NCBI GenBank assembly: GCA_025603075.1
Contig: MU626433.1
Span: 1 to 39,686, forward strand
Reading direction: 5' to 3'
DNA length: 39,686 nt
DNA from: Neoconidiobolus thromboides FSU 785
Taxonomy: Eukaryota > Fungi > Entomophthoromycota
Of the stretch, positions 1 to 10,995 are shown piece after piece. Under the pieces are notes generated by a model. The model made no database searches. It saw only the letters and a program-made list of their open reading frames with translations, and was not told the origin of the DNA. Position 1 is the first letter of the stretch, and each line of letters starts with the position of its first letter. Made by a program: the position numbers and the translations under genes.

Positions 1-59
1 TTCATTTCAGATCAAACTCTTCAATTCAACAGCCTATTGAAAAGCAAGAAGATGCCTAA
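1..59 (+). CDS. 3' end of an upstream paralog of the DUF4203-like membrane gene (partial)
   Basis: Frame from nt 3 reads HFRSNSSIQQPIEKQEDA* (TAA 57-59). This matches the restored C-terminus of the 1725 gene (STHQPVEKQEEA*), and the 3' flanks are also similar. Confidence 0.7.
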   Translation, partial: HFRSNSSIQQPIEKQEDA

Positions 60-699
60 ATACTCTAACTCTATTATTTAATTTCATAATAAACACCTCA
101 ATGCTAATTAAGGGCTAAAAGTATTATTTTATGTGCCTCAGTTCTTTTTTTATTTTATCCTTTATTTATCAAAGATGTTATTTAACTTCTTGTACCATCG
201 AAGTTGTAAGATACAGATTTAAATCTAAGCATAGGTGATCCTTAAAGATACAAAAACTATGTTTGTAATACAGTTGAGCTATATTTGTTAATATCTGTAA
301 GCTTTAAAATAATTTAAATCAAAGGAATAAACTGATTTTATTTTATCATTTTTACAAACCCATTTTTATGTTCTATTGCACTTTGACATAAAATTCCCGA
401 AATATATAATTACAACAGTACACAATTTATATATATATAATATGTTTTTAGTGAAACATTTGATATTGCAGCTAATAACTTATTTGGTTTAGGTAGATGT
501 AACTATGATGGAACACAAAAAAGGTCTTGTTAAAAACGATAACTAAAATTATTGTGCCACTTTATTTAGTTTAGTTATTTCAAAACTCAAGATATTAATA
601 AATATAAGCTATATTGTTAGATTTTAATAGTTTCACCTTTGAAATATAGACAAGTTATAGTAGCGAGTAATATAGCCTTTTAGTGATTATTTTTTTAAC

Positions 700-1360
700 A
701 ACCTGTAAGCTACCTGGGCTAAAATCCCATTATTATTGACTAATTTTTACAGGACTATGGGAAGTTTGGAGACTATCCTTTGGCTTTTCTTACTTAGACA
801 TGAATATGATAGCCTTTATAGGATTGTCAATAATCATCTTTGGCAGATATCGTCACTTTTCATTAAAGCTATGTAAAGGTTAAAAGACTTGGAGATTGTA
901 ATACTAAATAAAAAACTATTACAATAGCTGTAAAATTGTTAAGTTTATAATTTGATAATTTAAGTAAAACGGTGCAAATTTCACTCGAATTTCTTACATT
1001 AATCCTCCACTTAAGCAACGTGACTTCTAATTTACCTAAGCGATATTAGCTAAGCCTACGAGGTTTTACTGCTTTAAGAAGTTTTGCTCTCTTCTTAAAT
1101 CTACTATATCTATATTCAGTATCAACTCAAAATCCAGTTCCAAGTTTCACGTTGATTCTATTATCGGCTTTTACTATTTGGTCGATTAGGTTTTGAACTA
1201 TTCTCTAGCTTTTATGCAACCACTATCGCCCTATTACGTGAGTCTTCAACTTCATTGATATATCTACTCATTGCTAAGATGTGGTATAACTTCATAAAGG
1301 CAAGTTGAGCCATATTGGTAGCCTAGTTAGAGATGTTAGTATTGAATCCTTCTTACACTA
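700..1360 (-). mobile_element. Degenerate coding-like relic, possibly non-LTR retrotransposon C-terminal region
   Basis: GC-richer than its flanks, with broken frames. Minus strand gives RLGKLEVTLLKWRINVRNSSEIC, loosely like a LINE zf-RVT region. No intact ORF. Confidence 0.2.
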
Positions 1361-1396
1361 TAAATACATTAATTTACTTTATTAAATACAATAGCA

Positions 1397-1498
1397 TATA
1401 GGGATGTATTTTTTATTTAAGAATTTTACCAACAATCTTTCCACTCAAATAGCGTTTAAAAAGCGGAAAAGTAATGAAACTAAAAAAAAATCCCCATA
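1397..1498 (+). mobile_element. ~100-bp MITE copy (orientation A)
   Basis: TA|TAGGGATGTATTTTT...AAAAATCCCCA|TA: terminal inverted repeats, TA on both sides, internal sequence shared with 16 other copies. Confidence 0.85.
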
Positions 1499-1724
1499 TA
1501 GATTGTATCCCCTAGTATCAATTATTCAATTATTCAATTATTACTTTAAGTTCTTATTTAAAACCGTATTACCTCATTTTAATTTCCAGTGTGTAAATAC
1601 AATTTCACAGTATATGAATAGTTCACAAAGCCTATAATAATTCATCGACTATGTCTTAGATACTCACCTAAGATTGCAATTATTTAAATACATTAGATTT
1701 ATTAATTTTTATTAACTCGAGGTA

Positions 1725-2511
1725 ATGGACTTGAATACTTCTACTTATTTGCTTAAAAGCGTAATGATATCGTCAACTTTTGCCCTAGTATTAGGAATCA
1801 TCTTATTTTTATTCGGTGGTATAATTTTAGCTAAAGGGTTGAAATGTATCAAGTTTACTCGTGGAATCTCTGGTCTTTGGTTCTTTGGTTACTTGACATA
1901 TCTTCTTGGTATTGTTATCATTGTAAATGTGTCACCAAGTGATCCTACTACTGCTCTATGGATTGTGTTTGGCTGTACTATAGGATTTAGTATTCTTGGT
2001 GCTATCTTATGTGGTGCAATTGGTATTTTAGGCGACATCATTTTAGGAGCAGCTTCAGGTTGGAGTTTATGGAGACTTTTTTATCCATTTGTTTTTAAGA
2101 TGACCAATTTGATTGTAATTTTTGTCCTTATTGTAGGTTTTTCTGTCTTAACAATATGGCTTTATGAAAGAGTTCATATGGAGATGTATTTTTTCGTTCA
2201 AGAATTTTACTAACAATTTTTCTACTCAAATAGCGCTTAAAAAAGAGAAAAAGTGATGAAACCAAAAAAAACATCCTCATATCTTTACATGTATTTGGAT
2301 TGGATCTATTTTACTTATCAACAGGTCTGTAAATATTACAATTCACTCCATTGTATTATCAGGCAATTTTTATGTACTTATGTCTTGTTCTTTTGCTATC
2401 TATATCACTGCAACTATCGCCACTTTCTTAGTCTTTGGAATTACTTCTTATCTTCTTTATACCTCTAATTTTTCAACTCATCAACCTGTTGAAAAGCAAG
2501 AAGAGGCTTAG
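1725..2511 (+). pseudogene. DUF4203-like (TMEM198/TM7S3-type) multipass membrane gene interrupted by a MITE
   Basis: ORF 1725-2213 stops inside the MITE. Removing 2179-2281 (element plus one TA) gives a 227-aa ORF ending TAG at 2509-2511 (...YERVHIFTCIWIGSILL...EKQEEA*). It is hydrophobic and similar to the 36367 gene (CIWIGS vs CIWTGS). Family assignment is from pattern only. Confidence 0.8.
2177..2281 (+). mobile_element. MITE copy inside coding sequence
   Basis: TA(2177-78) TGGAGATGTATTTTT...AAAACATCCTCA TA(2280-81). Confidence 0.92.
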
Positions 2512-2779
2512 ATGCTCTAATTTTAGCCTTTTAATTTCAATAATATAAAACTTGAAGAATTATTATTTATAGCTTTAACTAAAATAAAGAAGATTTGAGA
2601 TGCTAAAAGTAGGCTTTTAAATATTCATGTAAGTGGCCTATGTATCAAAAATCTCTTATTAATCTATATAATTTATTATGAAATTTTAATGATGATTCAG
2701 TACAGAAAACTCTTTTGAATTTTTTTAATATAAAACCCCTATAATCTAAGAATTAATTATTAAAAGTTTAATAGTAAAA

Positions 2780-2881
2780 TATGGGGGTGTTTTTTTTTTA
2801 TTACATTGCTTTTCCATTTTTTAAGCACTATTTAAGTAGAAAAATCGTTAGCAAAATTAAACAAAAAAATATATCCCCATA
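2780..2881 (-). mobile_element. MITE copy (orientation B)
   Basis: TA|TGGGGGTGTTTTT...AAAATATATCCCCA|TA, reverse complement of the orientation A copies. Confidence 0.85.
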
Positions 2882-2981
2882 TGTTTAAAGTGATTTACTA
2901 AATAGGAGTTAAAATTTAGATTATATAAAATTAAATTTATATAAATAAAACTTTACTAATATCTCAATAGTAATTAGAAAT

Positions 2982-3054
2982 GCTCCGTTAGCTCAGTTGG
3001 CAGAGCGTGGTGCTAATAACGCTAAGGTCATAGGTTCAAGCCCTATACGGAGCA
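2982..3054 (+). tRNA. trnI: tRNA-Ile(AAT), copy 1
   Basis: Cloverleaf: acceptor GCTCCGT/ACGGAGC, D-arm GCTC/GAGC, anticodon loop CT-AAT-AA, T-loop GGTTCAAGCC. Confidence 0.95.
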
Positions 3055-3241
3055 TGTATTCTTGATTGTATACATATTTTTTGACTAAATCTATTATCCA
3101 ATCAAAATTCAATAAATATGCTGATTTCATTTTTCTAGGGAACAACTGGTTTGTTTCTTTAATCAAATTTTTATTTTCTACAAGCAACAAAAGAAATAGT
3201 CTATTAAAATAGAGAAACAGAAATCCAAACATATATTTAAA

Positions 3242-5261
3242 ATGGCCTATTTCAGCAATATCATTAATTTAGTACAAACTGGTATACAACAATATAGTAG
3301 TAATCCCATCTTAAAAGAATATAGTATATTAGAAGAGCAACATTTAAAGGATCCATTTTTATCTAAATTATGGCGGTGTTTTAACGTAATACAAAAAGTA
3401 AGTTCTATCGTTTATACTATTATTTCATAAAAAATCATCCATATGATACATAGAATTAATTTGTATTATTTAGTCGACATTAAAAGAATATACTTTATTT
3501 TTACATAACGATAAAGATTATAAAATTGAAAATGCAGTGGATGGCTATTCGATAGCAGAAAGAGTATTGAAACGGTTCAAAACATTAAAGCATCCTGATT
3601 CTATTCAATTTATTGAAGGTTATAGTAACAGTTATCAAGTTTCTATTGTAACGGAAAGAGTGGAATTCCTTGGATTTGAAGATGAAATAATTATGGAACC
3701 TTTCCATTGTTTCAAATTATTGGTAAGAAACTTTTTTACATGTTTGTGCAAAAGTCGATTTGGTAATTAATCTATTGTTTATTATAGAAAGTATGTAATT
3801 TTTTATTTGAAAATGGGTTTATTATTGGACGAGTTACAAAACAGCATGTGGTCATGAATCAAGCATCAGAATGGAAATTATTTAATCTACAATTTTTGGG
3901 AAGAGAAGAAGAGAAAGATGAAATTATAGCCGAGTTGACTAGATTTAATTTGATACCTAAAGAAATAACGGATAGAAATAACATAACTCCAATTGAAAGT
4001 TATCAGTTAGGCAATTTGCTATTTGAGTTGTTTGAAGGGGAAGAGATTAGAGATAGTAATAATCTACGATTTAAAAAGAACAATAATAAAGGAATACAGG
4101 AATTGATTAGGAAAATGATAATGAATAAGAATTATAAGAAAGATATTATTAATCTATTAAATAACAATAGTTATTTTCGACATTTTAAAATTGAAATTGA
4201 TAATCAATTAAATCAATTTACAACTTTAAATAATGAAGAAAAACAACAATTTTATAAAAAAATACAATTTCATTTAAATGAATTAAACCAACATTATATA
4301 CGATATAAAATTATCTTTGAATTAAGTAAATTTTTAAAAATTGGGTTATTAGAAAATGAAGGTATACAAGTATTAATTAAATTAAGTGAGCTTGAGCCTA
4401 AGTTAATAGTTAAAGATTATATGGAAGCATTTAAAAACAGTGATCGTAAATTGAGGTTTAACTTGTTATTAAATTTTCATAAAATCATCCATCATTTTAA
4501 TGAATATGATATTAAAGAAATTTATCATAATATTTTATTAGGTTTAAAAGATAATCATTTACAAATTAAAGAATTAAGCTTAAAAGTTATTTTATTATTA
4601 TTAAATAAATTAAATAAGGATTGTAATAATAGTAATAATAATGATAATAATCAAAATAGTAATAGTGATAATGAAGAAAATAATAATAATAATAATAGTT
4701 TAATAATCACAATAATAGAAGATATTTATGATTCAATAAAGGAATTACAATTTGATAAGTTGGGCATAGTAAGAGCTAATACCATTTTAATATATGAAAA
4801 AATTATACCCAATTATAGTAATAAAATAACAATTTATCATCAAATTATAAAATCATTAAAAGATCCCTTTCCACCAAGTAGAATTAATAGCTTAAATTGT
4901 TTAATACTATTAATTAATAATTTAAATCTAAAATTATTTATACAATCTTTATTACCCAACTTGATTCCTTTATTAATGGATACTGAAAAAAATATTCGAA
5001 TTCAAGCTAAAAATTTAACTGATAAAAGTTTATTAAAAGTGGATGAGTTTACAAAAGAATTACCAGATACCGGTTTTGTACAAGAGAAGCAGAACAATTC
5101 AAATAACAGTAATGTAAAGAATATTAATACGACTAGTAACTCAGATAGTATTAATACTATAAATAATAATAATTGGACTAATTGGGCAGTTAATAATTTA
5201 AGCAAAGGCATATCATATGCAGCGGATTCTATTCAAAATTCATCCATTTTATTACCAGAAG

Positions 5262-5298
<37 letters not shown>

Positions 5299-5776
5299 AA
5301 TTAATAGTAATGATACAAATACTATAGCCAATGTTATACCTACTGCTCCTATAACTACTACTACTACTACTACTACTACTAATGATGATTGGGGTGCTTG
5401 GGGTGACGAGATTGAGGAAGCCGTTGAAGATATTAGTAAAGCCCAACTTAATAATAACAAAATAAAGACCACATTAACCAAGGTTATCAATACAATTACT
5501 GATGATACAACTACAGATGCTTGGGATAATTGGGATACTTCAGATAACAGTAATGTAATTAAAGATGATAAAGCAGAAGACAATAATAAAGTTGATACTT
5601 GGGATGATTGGGGTAGCGAAAATCAATTCAATAACAATAGCATTAATAGGGGGGTTAAAATGAATAAGAGTAATAATAATAGTAATGAAAGTGGAATAAA
5701 GAAAACAAATAAAATCGTACCTAGTAAAGCGAAAGGAAAACTTAAATTAGGTGCTAAAAAAATTAGTAAGGGGTAA
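3242..5776 (+). CDS. SCYL1: SCY1-like pseudokinase with HEAT repeats (SCYL1/Cex1 type); join(3242..3397,3474..3722,3788..5776)
   Basis: Two phase-0 GT-AG introns (3398-3473, 3723-3787) join three ORF fragments in frame. Motifs: RFKTLKHP, VVMNQASEWKL, HEAT-like middle (KDPFPPSR), acidic WD-rich tail, and C-terminal KGKLKLGAKK resembling the SCYL1 KLGARK terminus. Confidence 0.85.
5264..5380 (+). repeat. Coding trinucleotide repeats (AAT)~11 and (ACT)~9
   Basis: Poly-Asn at 5264-5296 and poly-Thr at 5354-5380 within the SCY1-like CDS. Confidence 0.9.
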
Positions 5777-6055
5777 ATCAACGTATGTTATAGTTAAATA
5801 AAAAAGATATTATGATATTTATTTTGGTTTTTTGATGTTTTTTATTTTTAATGCAATTGTAAATTAGATAACAGGAAAATATACAATATAGTAACGATGT
5901 AAAGGGAAAAGGGAAGGGGATTGGAGCTCAAAATGTATATGCAAAAGAAGTGAATAGAAATAGAATAGAAATAGAGTAATAAAATGAATATATGTAAAAT
6001 AATAGAGAAAATAGAAAAGAAAAGATGAAGGAAATAAGGACAAAAAGGTTGAACT

Positions 6056-6586
6056 TTAAATTTTTAACCAATTACGAACAATAGAGATATCATTTAATAA
6101 ACTATTCAACATTGGTATAACATTTAGCTGATTATTATTCTGATTATTTAAAAAATTAATTGTGTTATCCAACCCTTTTAAATAAACATTTAACTTCTTT
6201 TCTAGAAATAGAGAATCAAAATTTTTATAATTTTTATCAGATAAATAATAGCATAAAGTTAAAATGGCTAATTGCAAAAACAACAATTTCTTGAAATTAT
6301 CGGTGAGGGTATTATTTAATGTAATAAATTGAGATATTGTCAAAGATTGATTTAATTCAATATTTAAATTAAAAAAATCTAATATTAAACTACATGTAAA
6401 ATAATCAATCCCTAATTCTACTATTAACTTATTAATCATATTTTTCAAGTTTTGATTTTTATTTTGGTTACTAATTAATCGATAATATTCCCATTCTTTT
6501 ATATGTTCATTACTATCATTATCTTTGATAACATTGATACTCTCCAAACTACTATTGTTACTATTAATCATTCTTATTGGCTTCAT
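6056..6586 (-). CDS. Hypothetical protein, 176 aa
   Basis: ATG-started ORF convergent with the SCY1-like gene, with ordinary protein composition. No family recognised; any EH/EF-hand resemblance is weak. Confidence 0.6.
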   Translation of the reverse strand: MKPIRMINSNNSSLESINVIKDNDSNEHIKEWEYYRLISNQNKNQNLKNMINKLIVELGIDYFTCSLILDFFNLNIELNQSLTISQFITLNNTLTDNFKKLLFLQLAILTLCYYLSDKNYKNFDSLFLEKKLNVYLKGLDNTINFLNNQNNNQLNVIPMLNSLLNDISIVRNWLKI

Positions 6587-8663
6587 TTCTTCACTACTTA
6601 ATTATCTATTTATTTAAATACCGATTTACAACGCACTCGTAACTACTGTGACTACAAAAAAAATCAAAAAAAATTTCAAACTCTAAAAACTTAAAGCTTA
6701 ATTGAATGTTTACATTTGATTTATATATCTTTTGAAATTCATATAACTTAATAAATTACTTTAATCTATTTATTTCTAAATTTTCATTTGATTTTGCTCA
6801 TATTCTTATTTATTTCAATTTAATTGGCTAAATTCAATAGTATAACTCCGAACCTTAAAGCATTTTATATAAAAATTCTTATTAAAAAACTTAGAGATCT
6901 TGTTGAAAGATTGATCTGAAATAAATAAATTCCTTTTAATAAAAGAACAAGAATTGAGATCTACTTTTATTAAAACAGCTTAAAAGGAGTAAATCACACA
7001 CAATAAATAATACGAGATAAGTGTTTATTTTATTTATTTTTTATTTATTAATTTAGTTGTCAATATTTAAAAGTGTAATTTTATTTACATTTAAAAATGA
7101 ATGACCTTGAATTTTCAATAATAAGTATGGTGCCATAATAGCAAATTTTTTATCCAATCAACTGAAGATATTATTAACAACCGATGATTTCATTAGTTCA
7201 AATTGAGTAAAGCTGAATTTTTAAATCGCAAAATATTTAAGATAAATCCGATAGGTCCAATTGGACTTATTTTATAAAGAATGTTTTCATTCTATGATTG
7301 GGTATTAAATTTTAAAGTTTAAAGTTTGAAATAAAAATTTAAACTTGAGAATTAATTATCATTAAAAGATACTTGTTTTATATAAGAAATGTTCTATTAG
7401 CTATTATAGCAATAATAATTAAGATGTTGGTAATCTTTTGAGTTCTATATGTAAGATTAATTGTTGACTGCAGTGTTAACTTGTTAAAAGAGTGGATGGT
7501 GTTATTTAGAATAAATCGAAACTCATATGATATTTCAAACTTTGTACGAAAAATAATCAATAAAAACACTCCGTCAAGTTATAATATTATGAAAACATTA
7601 CGATTCTTATTCTTTTATATGTTTTTTTTATAACATATTCTTTTTATAAAGTTTATTATAAATAATAACTATATTTATTATTTATATGAATTTTTTCTAG
7701 GTTTTGATTTATTTTGATTTTAGAATTTCCATTTCCAATTTTTATATGACTGTTTTAGCTCTTTTGTAACTTAATTATCACCTTCATTAAGAAAAAATTT
7801 TGCCAAAAGTTTAGAAAATATAAATATCGAAGTAAAAAATTAGCTATATCAATAATTTAATTATAAAAATTATCGCTAAAAGTCATGAAAGAGTTTCAAC
7901 AGCTGAATTTTAAATTTAATTCTCTAATTAAAATGGTAACTTTAGTTTAGATGATTATTCTTAAAAAAATTATCCATCAATTTCAAAAAAGGATGAGTCA
8001 TCAGTCATTTATCTCCCTCATACTTTAATCGTAATAAATTTACATTTTAAACTGTATTTATTTCAAAAAACAAGCAAATAAAAAGTTCAAAAGTAAGATG
8101 CAATCTATCCCAAATCTTATTCCCTTGAGCTACTTTTTTATTTACTAATAATATTCCAATATAAAAGCTATTGCATTTTTTCAATTTTTGTAATAGTTAA
8201 ATCATTCCCAAAATAAATCAAATTACTTTCAATACAGAAGCTAAGATAATCAATGATTAAAATGTTAAATTCCAAATCAAAAAAGATGGAGAAAAATGAG
8301 CGTTTGTGATTGGCTGAAAGGACCTACAATTTAACCCCAAAATTTTACAAAGGATAGAAAAAATAGAAAAAAGAGTACAAATGTCATTTATAAAAAATTT
8401 GTAGTTAACTAAAGGAGAGAAAGTTAAGAATAAATTCAAAATTTATTATTGTTTTGATAGGTTGCAAGGTTACCTTAATTTTAATGCGAGGCTATTGAAC
8501 ACACATAAAATGAGATCGAAGTAGTGAATAAATTCTTTCTTTTTCTTTCTTGAAAATTAATTTTTATACTTTCATCTATTGCTTTCCAATAGTACTTTGT
8601 TAACGCATAGTAGCTTACAAACAAATAGTCAGCAACTTAATAAACGCAACTTTTAGCTTATTT

Positions 8664-8690
8664 TAAACTAAACTAAACTAAACTAAACTA
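8664..8690. repeat. Pentanucleotide microsatellite (TAAAC)x5
   Basis: taaac tandem units read directly. Confidence 0.85.
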
Positions 8691-9023
8691 AAATTACAAG
8701 GTAATCACTTGACATTAAACATATAAAACCCCCCACTAATCCGTTATTGTTTTTATTTAGTTATCTTTTATAAACTCAACCTCTAAGAAGTTTATAAAAC
8801 AGCCCAAGTTAATAGACAAATAGAATTGTAATCAAACACTATTAAAAAGTTTTGATTCACTTTCACCCAACATACAGTATTATACTCTTTTTGACGTTAC
8901 CTAACATTTATTTACGTGGTCATTATAAATAGACCAATCAATATTATTAATTATATATCTGTAATAAGATAAGCTAAAGTTTAACAACCAATATATAAAA
9001 GAACAAAAAAAATAGATATACGA

Positions 9024-10151
9024 ATGTTAAAAGAAGATTGCATCCCTATTGAAACTTATGATTTTCATGGTTTTGAAGGACCAGAAAAGTTATTAGAGAT
9101 TTGGTTCTTACCACAGGCTAAAGAGGGAGATGAAGGATTAAAGAAAGTTGGTTTGGAGGATTGGATAGCTATGTTGAAATTAGTCAATTGTGAGATCTTA
9201 AATATTGTTCAAAATGAGCAAGTGGATTCTTATTTGCTATCCGAATCTTCAATGTTTATTTATAATCATAAAATAGTATTAAAGACGTGTGGTACTACTA
9301 CTTTACTTCATTCAATTCCAAAGATTTTGGAACTGGCTCAGAATTGCTTAAATGTAGAGCAAATTTATCGTGTTTTTTATTCAAGAAAATCGTTCATGTT
9401 CCCAGAAAAACAACTTTACCCTCATTCAGACTGGGATTCTGAAGTCAATTACTTGGATAAGTATTTCGGTGAGATATTTCTCTTTTTATTTATTATGTAT
9501 TTACCTTGATTCTTTTTTACAGAAAATGGAGCTCCATATAAAATTGGTCGTACTAATGGTGAACATTGGTATCTTTATGTAAATTCCAATTCTAGAATCA
9601 ATTCAGATAAAAATAATGTTACTGAAACGGCCATCCTCCCTATTAATGAAACCAATGAATTAACACATGATTTTACTATTGAATTGTTGATGACGGATTT
9701 AGATGAAGAACATAGTAAAGTGTTTTATATTGAAAATAATAATAGTACTGGTCGTCAAGGAGGTGAAGAAGTAGCTGATAAAATTGGGTTGAGCAAGATT
9801 TACACCAATTTAATTCAAGATCCCTTTTTATTTGAACCATGTGGATTTTCCATGAATGCCCTAGCTAATGAACATTACTTCAACGTCCATGTAACCCCAG
9901 AAACTCACTGCTCTTATGCATCCTTTGAAACTAATATTCCATTGAAAGGAGATCATGATAGTGAAGTCAAAAAATTAGTTGAAAAGGTATTGAAGTGCTT
10001 TAAACCAAAACAATTTTCAATTACTTTATTCAAAGAAGGTAACGCTCAGTTGTTAAATTTACCTGTTGTTGATGGATTTAAAAAGAAAGATTCCATTCTT
10101 TATGATATTGATGGTTATTCCCTCCGTTATGGTCATTTTAAGAGAGAGTAA
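9024..10151 (+). CDS. SPE2: S-adenosylmethionine decarboxylase proenzyme; join(9024..9468,9523..10151)
   Basis: Motifs FEGPEKLLEIWF, YLLSESS (pyruvoyl self-cleavage site), KTCGTT, PCGFSMN and HVTPE. A 54-nt GTGAGA...TACAG intron restores the frame (YFENGAPYKIGR); 357 aa. Confidence 0.95.
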
Positions 10152-10315
10152 ACCAGAATAAAGAATATTGTCTTTAGTAACTATTATTTTTAATTTTTGT
10201 TTTGTCAACTTGTTCATTTTACTAAGATTTATGATTTGATATAACAAAGTAATCGCAAAAATGAAAAAATGTTAAATAAATATTATAGTCTGAGCTTTAA
10301 ATTCAAATAACAGAA

Positions 10316-10389
10316 GCTCGTATGGCGCAATTGGCTAGCGCGTCCGACTGTTAATCGGGAGGTTACTGGTTCGATCCCAGTTATGAGCG
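10316..10389 (+). tRNA. trnN: tRNA-Asn(GTT)
   Basis: Acceptor GCTCGTA/TATGAGC, D-arm GCGC/GCGC, anticodon loop CT-GTT-AA, T-arm ACTGG-TTCGATC-CCAGT. Confidence 0.95.
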
Positions 10390-10551
10390 TAAGAATATCT
10401 ACTATTTTTTGTTTTAATGAAGTTATATCTAAAACAGGTATTGTAATGACTTTTATAGCTTATTTAGAATACATAATAGGCCTTAAGATGCCATAAAGAG
10501 ATTCCACGTACTAAATAACAGTTCTATTTAATACTACAAATAAAATAAGTA

Positions 10552-10652
10552 TATGGGAATGTATTTTTGTATTTAAGAATTTTACTAATTTTTCCACTCA
10601 AATGGCGCTTAAAAGATGGAAAAAGCAATGAAGCCAAAAAAACATCCCCATG
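10552..10652 (+). mobile_element. MITE copy (orientation A)
   Basis: TA|TGGGAATGTATTTTT...AAAACATCCCCA|TG; the right TA is mutated. Confidence 0.85.
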
Positions 10653-10718
10653 TAATCAACACAGTATTTAAAATAATAAGTTTTTTATCTTTTGTTTCTT
10701 CGCTATAAAATCTAGAAA

Positions 10719-10915
10719 TGGGACTGCATTTTTTTGTTTAAATTACTAATAGGGGTTGTTTTTTAATTTTATTACTTTTCCATTTTTAAGCGCTATTTGA
10801 GTGGGAAAATTATTAGTAAAATTCTTAAACACAAAAATACATCCCCAATAATCTTTCCACTCAAGTAGCGCTTAAAAAACGGAAAAGTAATGAAATCAAA
10901 AAAAAACATTCCTGA
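10719..10915 (+). mobile_element. Older MITE copy (A) split by a nested copy
   Basis: Left part TGGGACTGCATTTTTTTGTTTAAATTACTAA (10719-10749) and right part ATAATCTTTCCACTCAAGTAGCGCTT...AAAACATTCCTGA (10848-10915) together form one element. Confidence 0.7.
10750..10847 (-). mobile_element. Nested MITE copy (orientation B)
   Basis: TAGGGGTTGTTTTT...AAAAATACATCCCCA, full internal match. Confidence 0.85.
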
Positions 10916-10995
10916 GTTATTAAACAATTATTAATTTATTAAAAATAACAATAATAAAAATCAAACTATAATCAACGCTTATTTAATGAACTTCA

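Noticed and set aside
1404-1637. Short ORFs containing NNLSTQIAFKK/KSNETKK-like peptides (1404, 2253, 20661)
   Set aside because: They are translations of MITE copies, not a protein family.
2177-2281. MITE as a true frame-restoring introner
   Set aside because: Splicing the internal GT-AG unit leaves 55 nt and an immediate stop, so the gene is not rescued.
2993-3232. Minus-strand ORF 2993-3232 and ORF 17904-18098
   Set aside because: They overlap tRNA-Ile genes; the motif-like end (GLEPMTLALLAPRSAN) is just the antisense tRNA.
2982-3242. tRNA gene directly upstream of a Cex1-like gene (yeast Cex1 was linked to tRNA export)
   Set aside because: tRNA-Ile occurs four times in the window beside unrelated genes, so the adjacency is best explained by chance.
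5002-5583. Hydrophobic minus-strand ORFs (5002, 5233, 5252)
   Set aside because: Antisense shadows of the AAT/ACT repeats in the SCY1-like CDS.
7061-7570. Possible membrane-protein or GPCR-like pseudogene fragments (also 25380-25920, 28522-28731, 35375-35563)
   Set aside because: Only short hydrophobic or coding-like patches with many stops; nothing could be supported without a search.
8880-9023. Regulatory uORF upstream of SAM decarboxylase, as in mammals and plants
   Set aside because: No ATG in this leader. TGACGT, TACGTG and CCAAT words are present but too short to call.
9835-9860. PCGFSMN instead of the usual PCGYSMN in SAM decarboxylase
   Set aside because: Conservative change; the adjacent Ser and the other catalytic motifs are intact.
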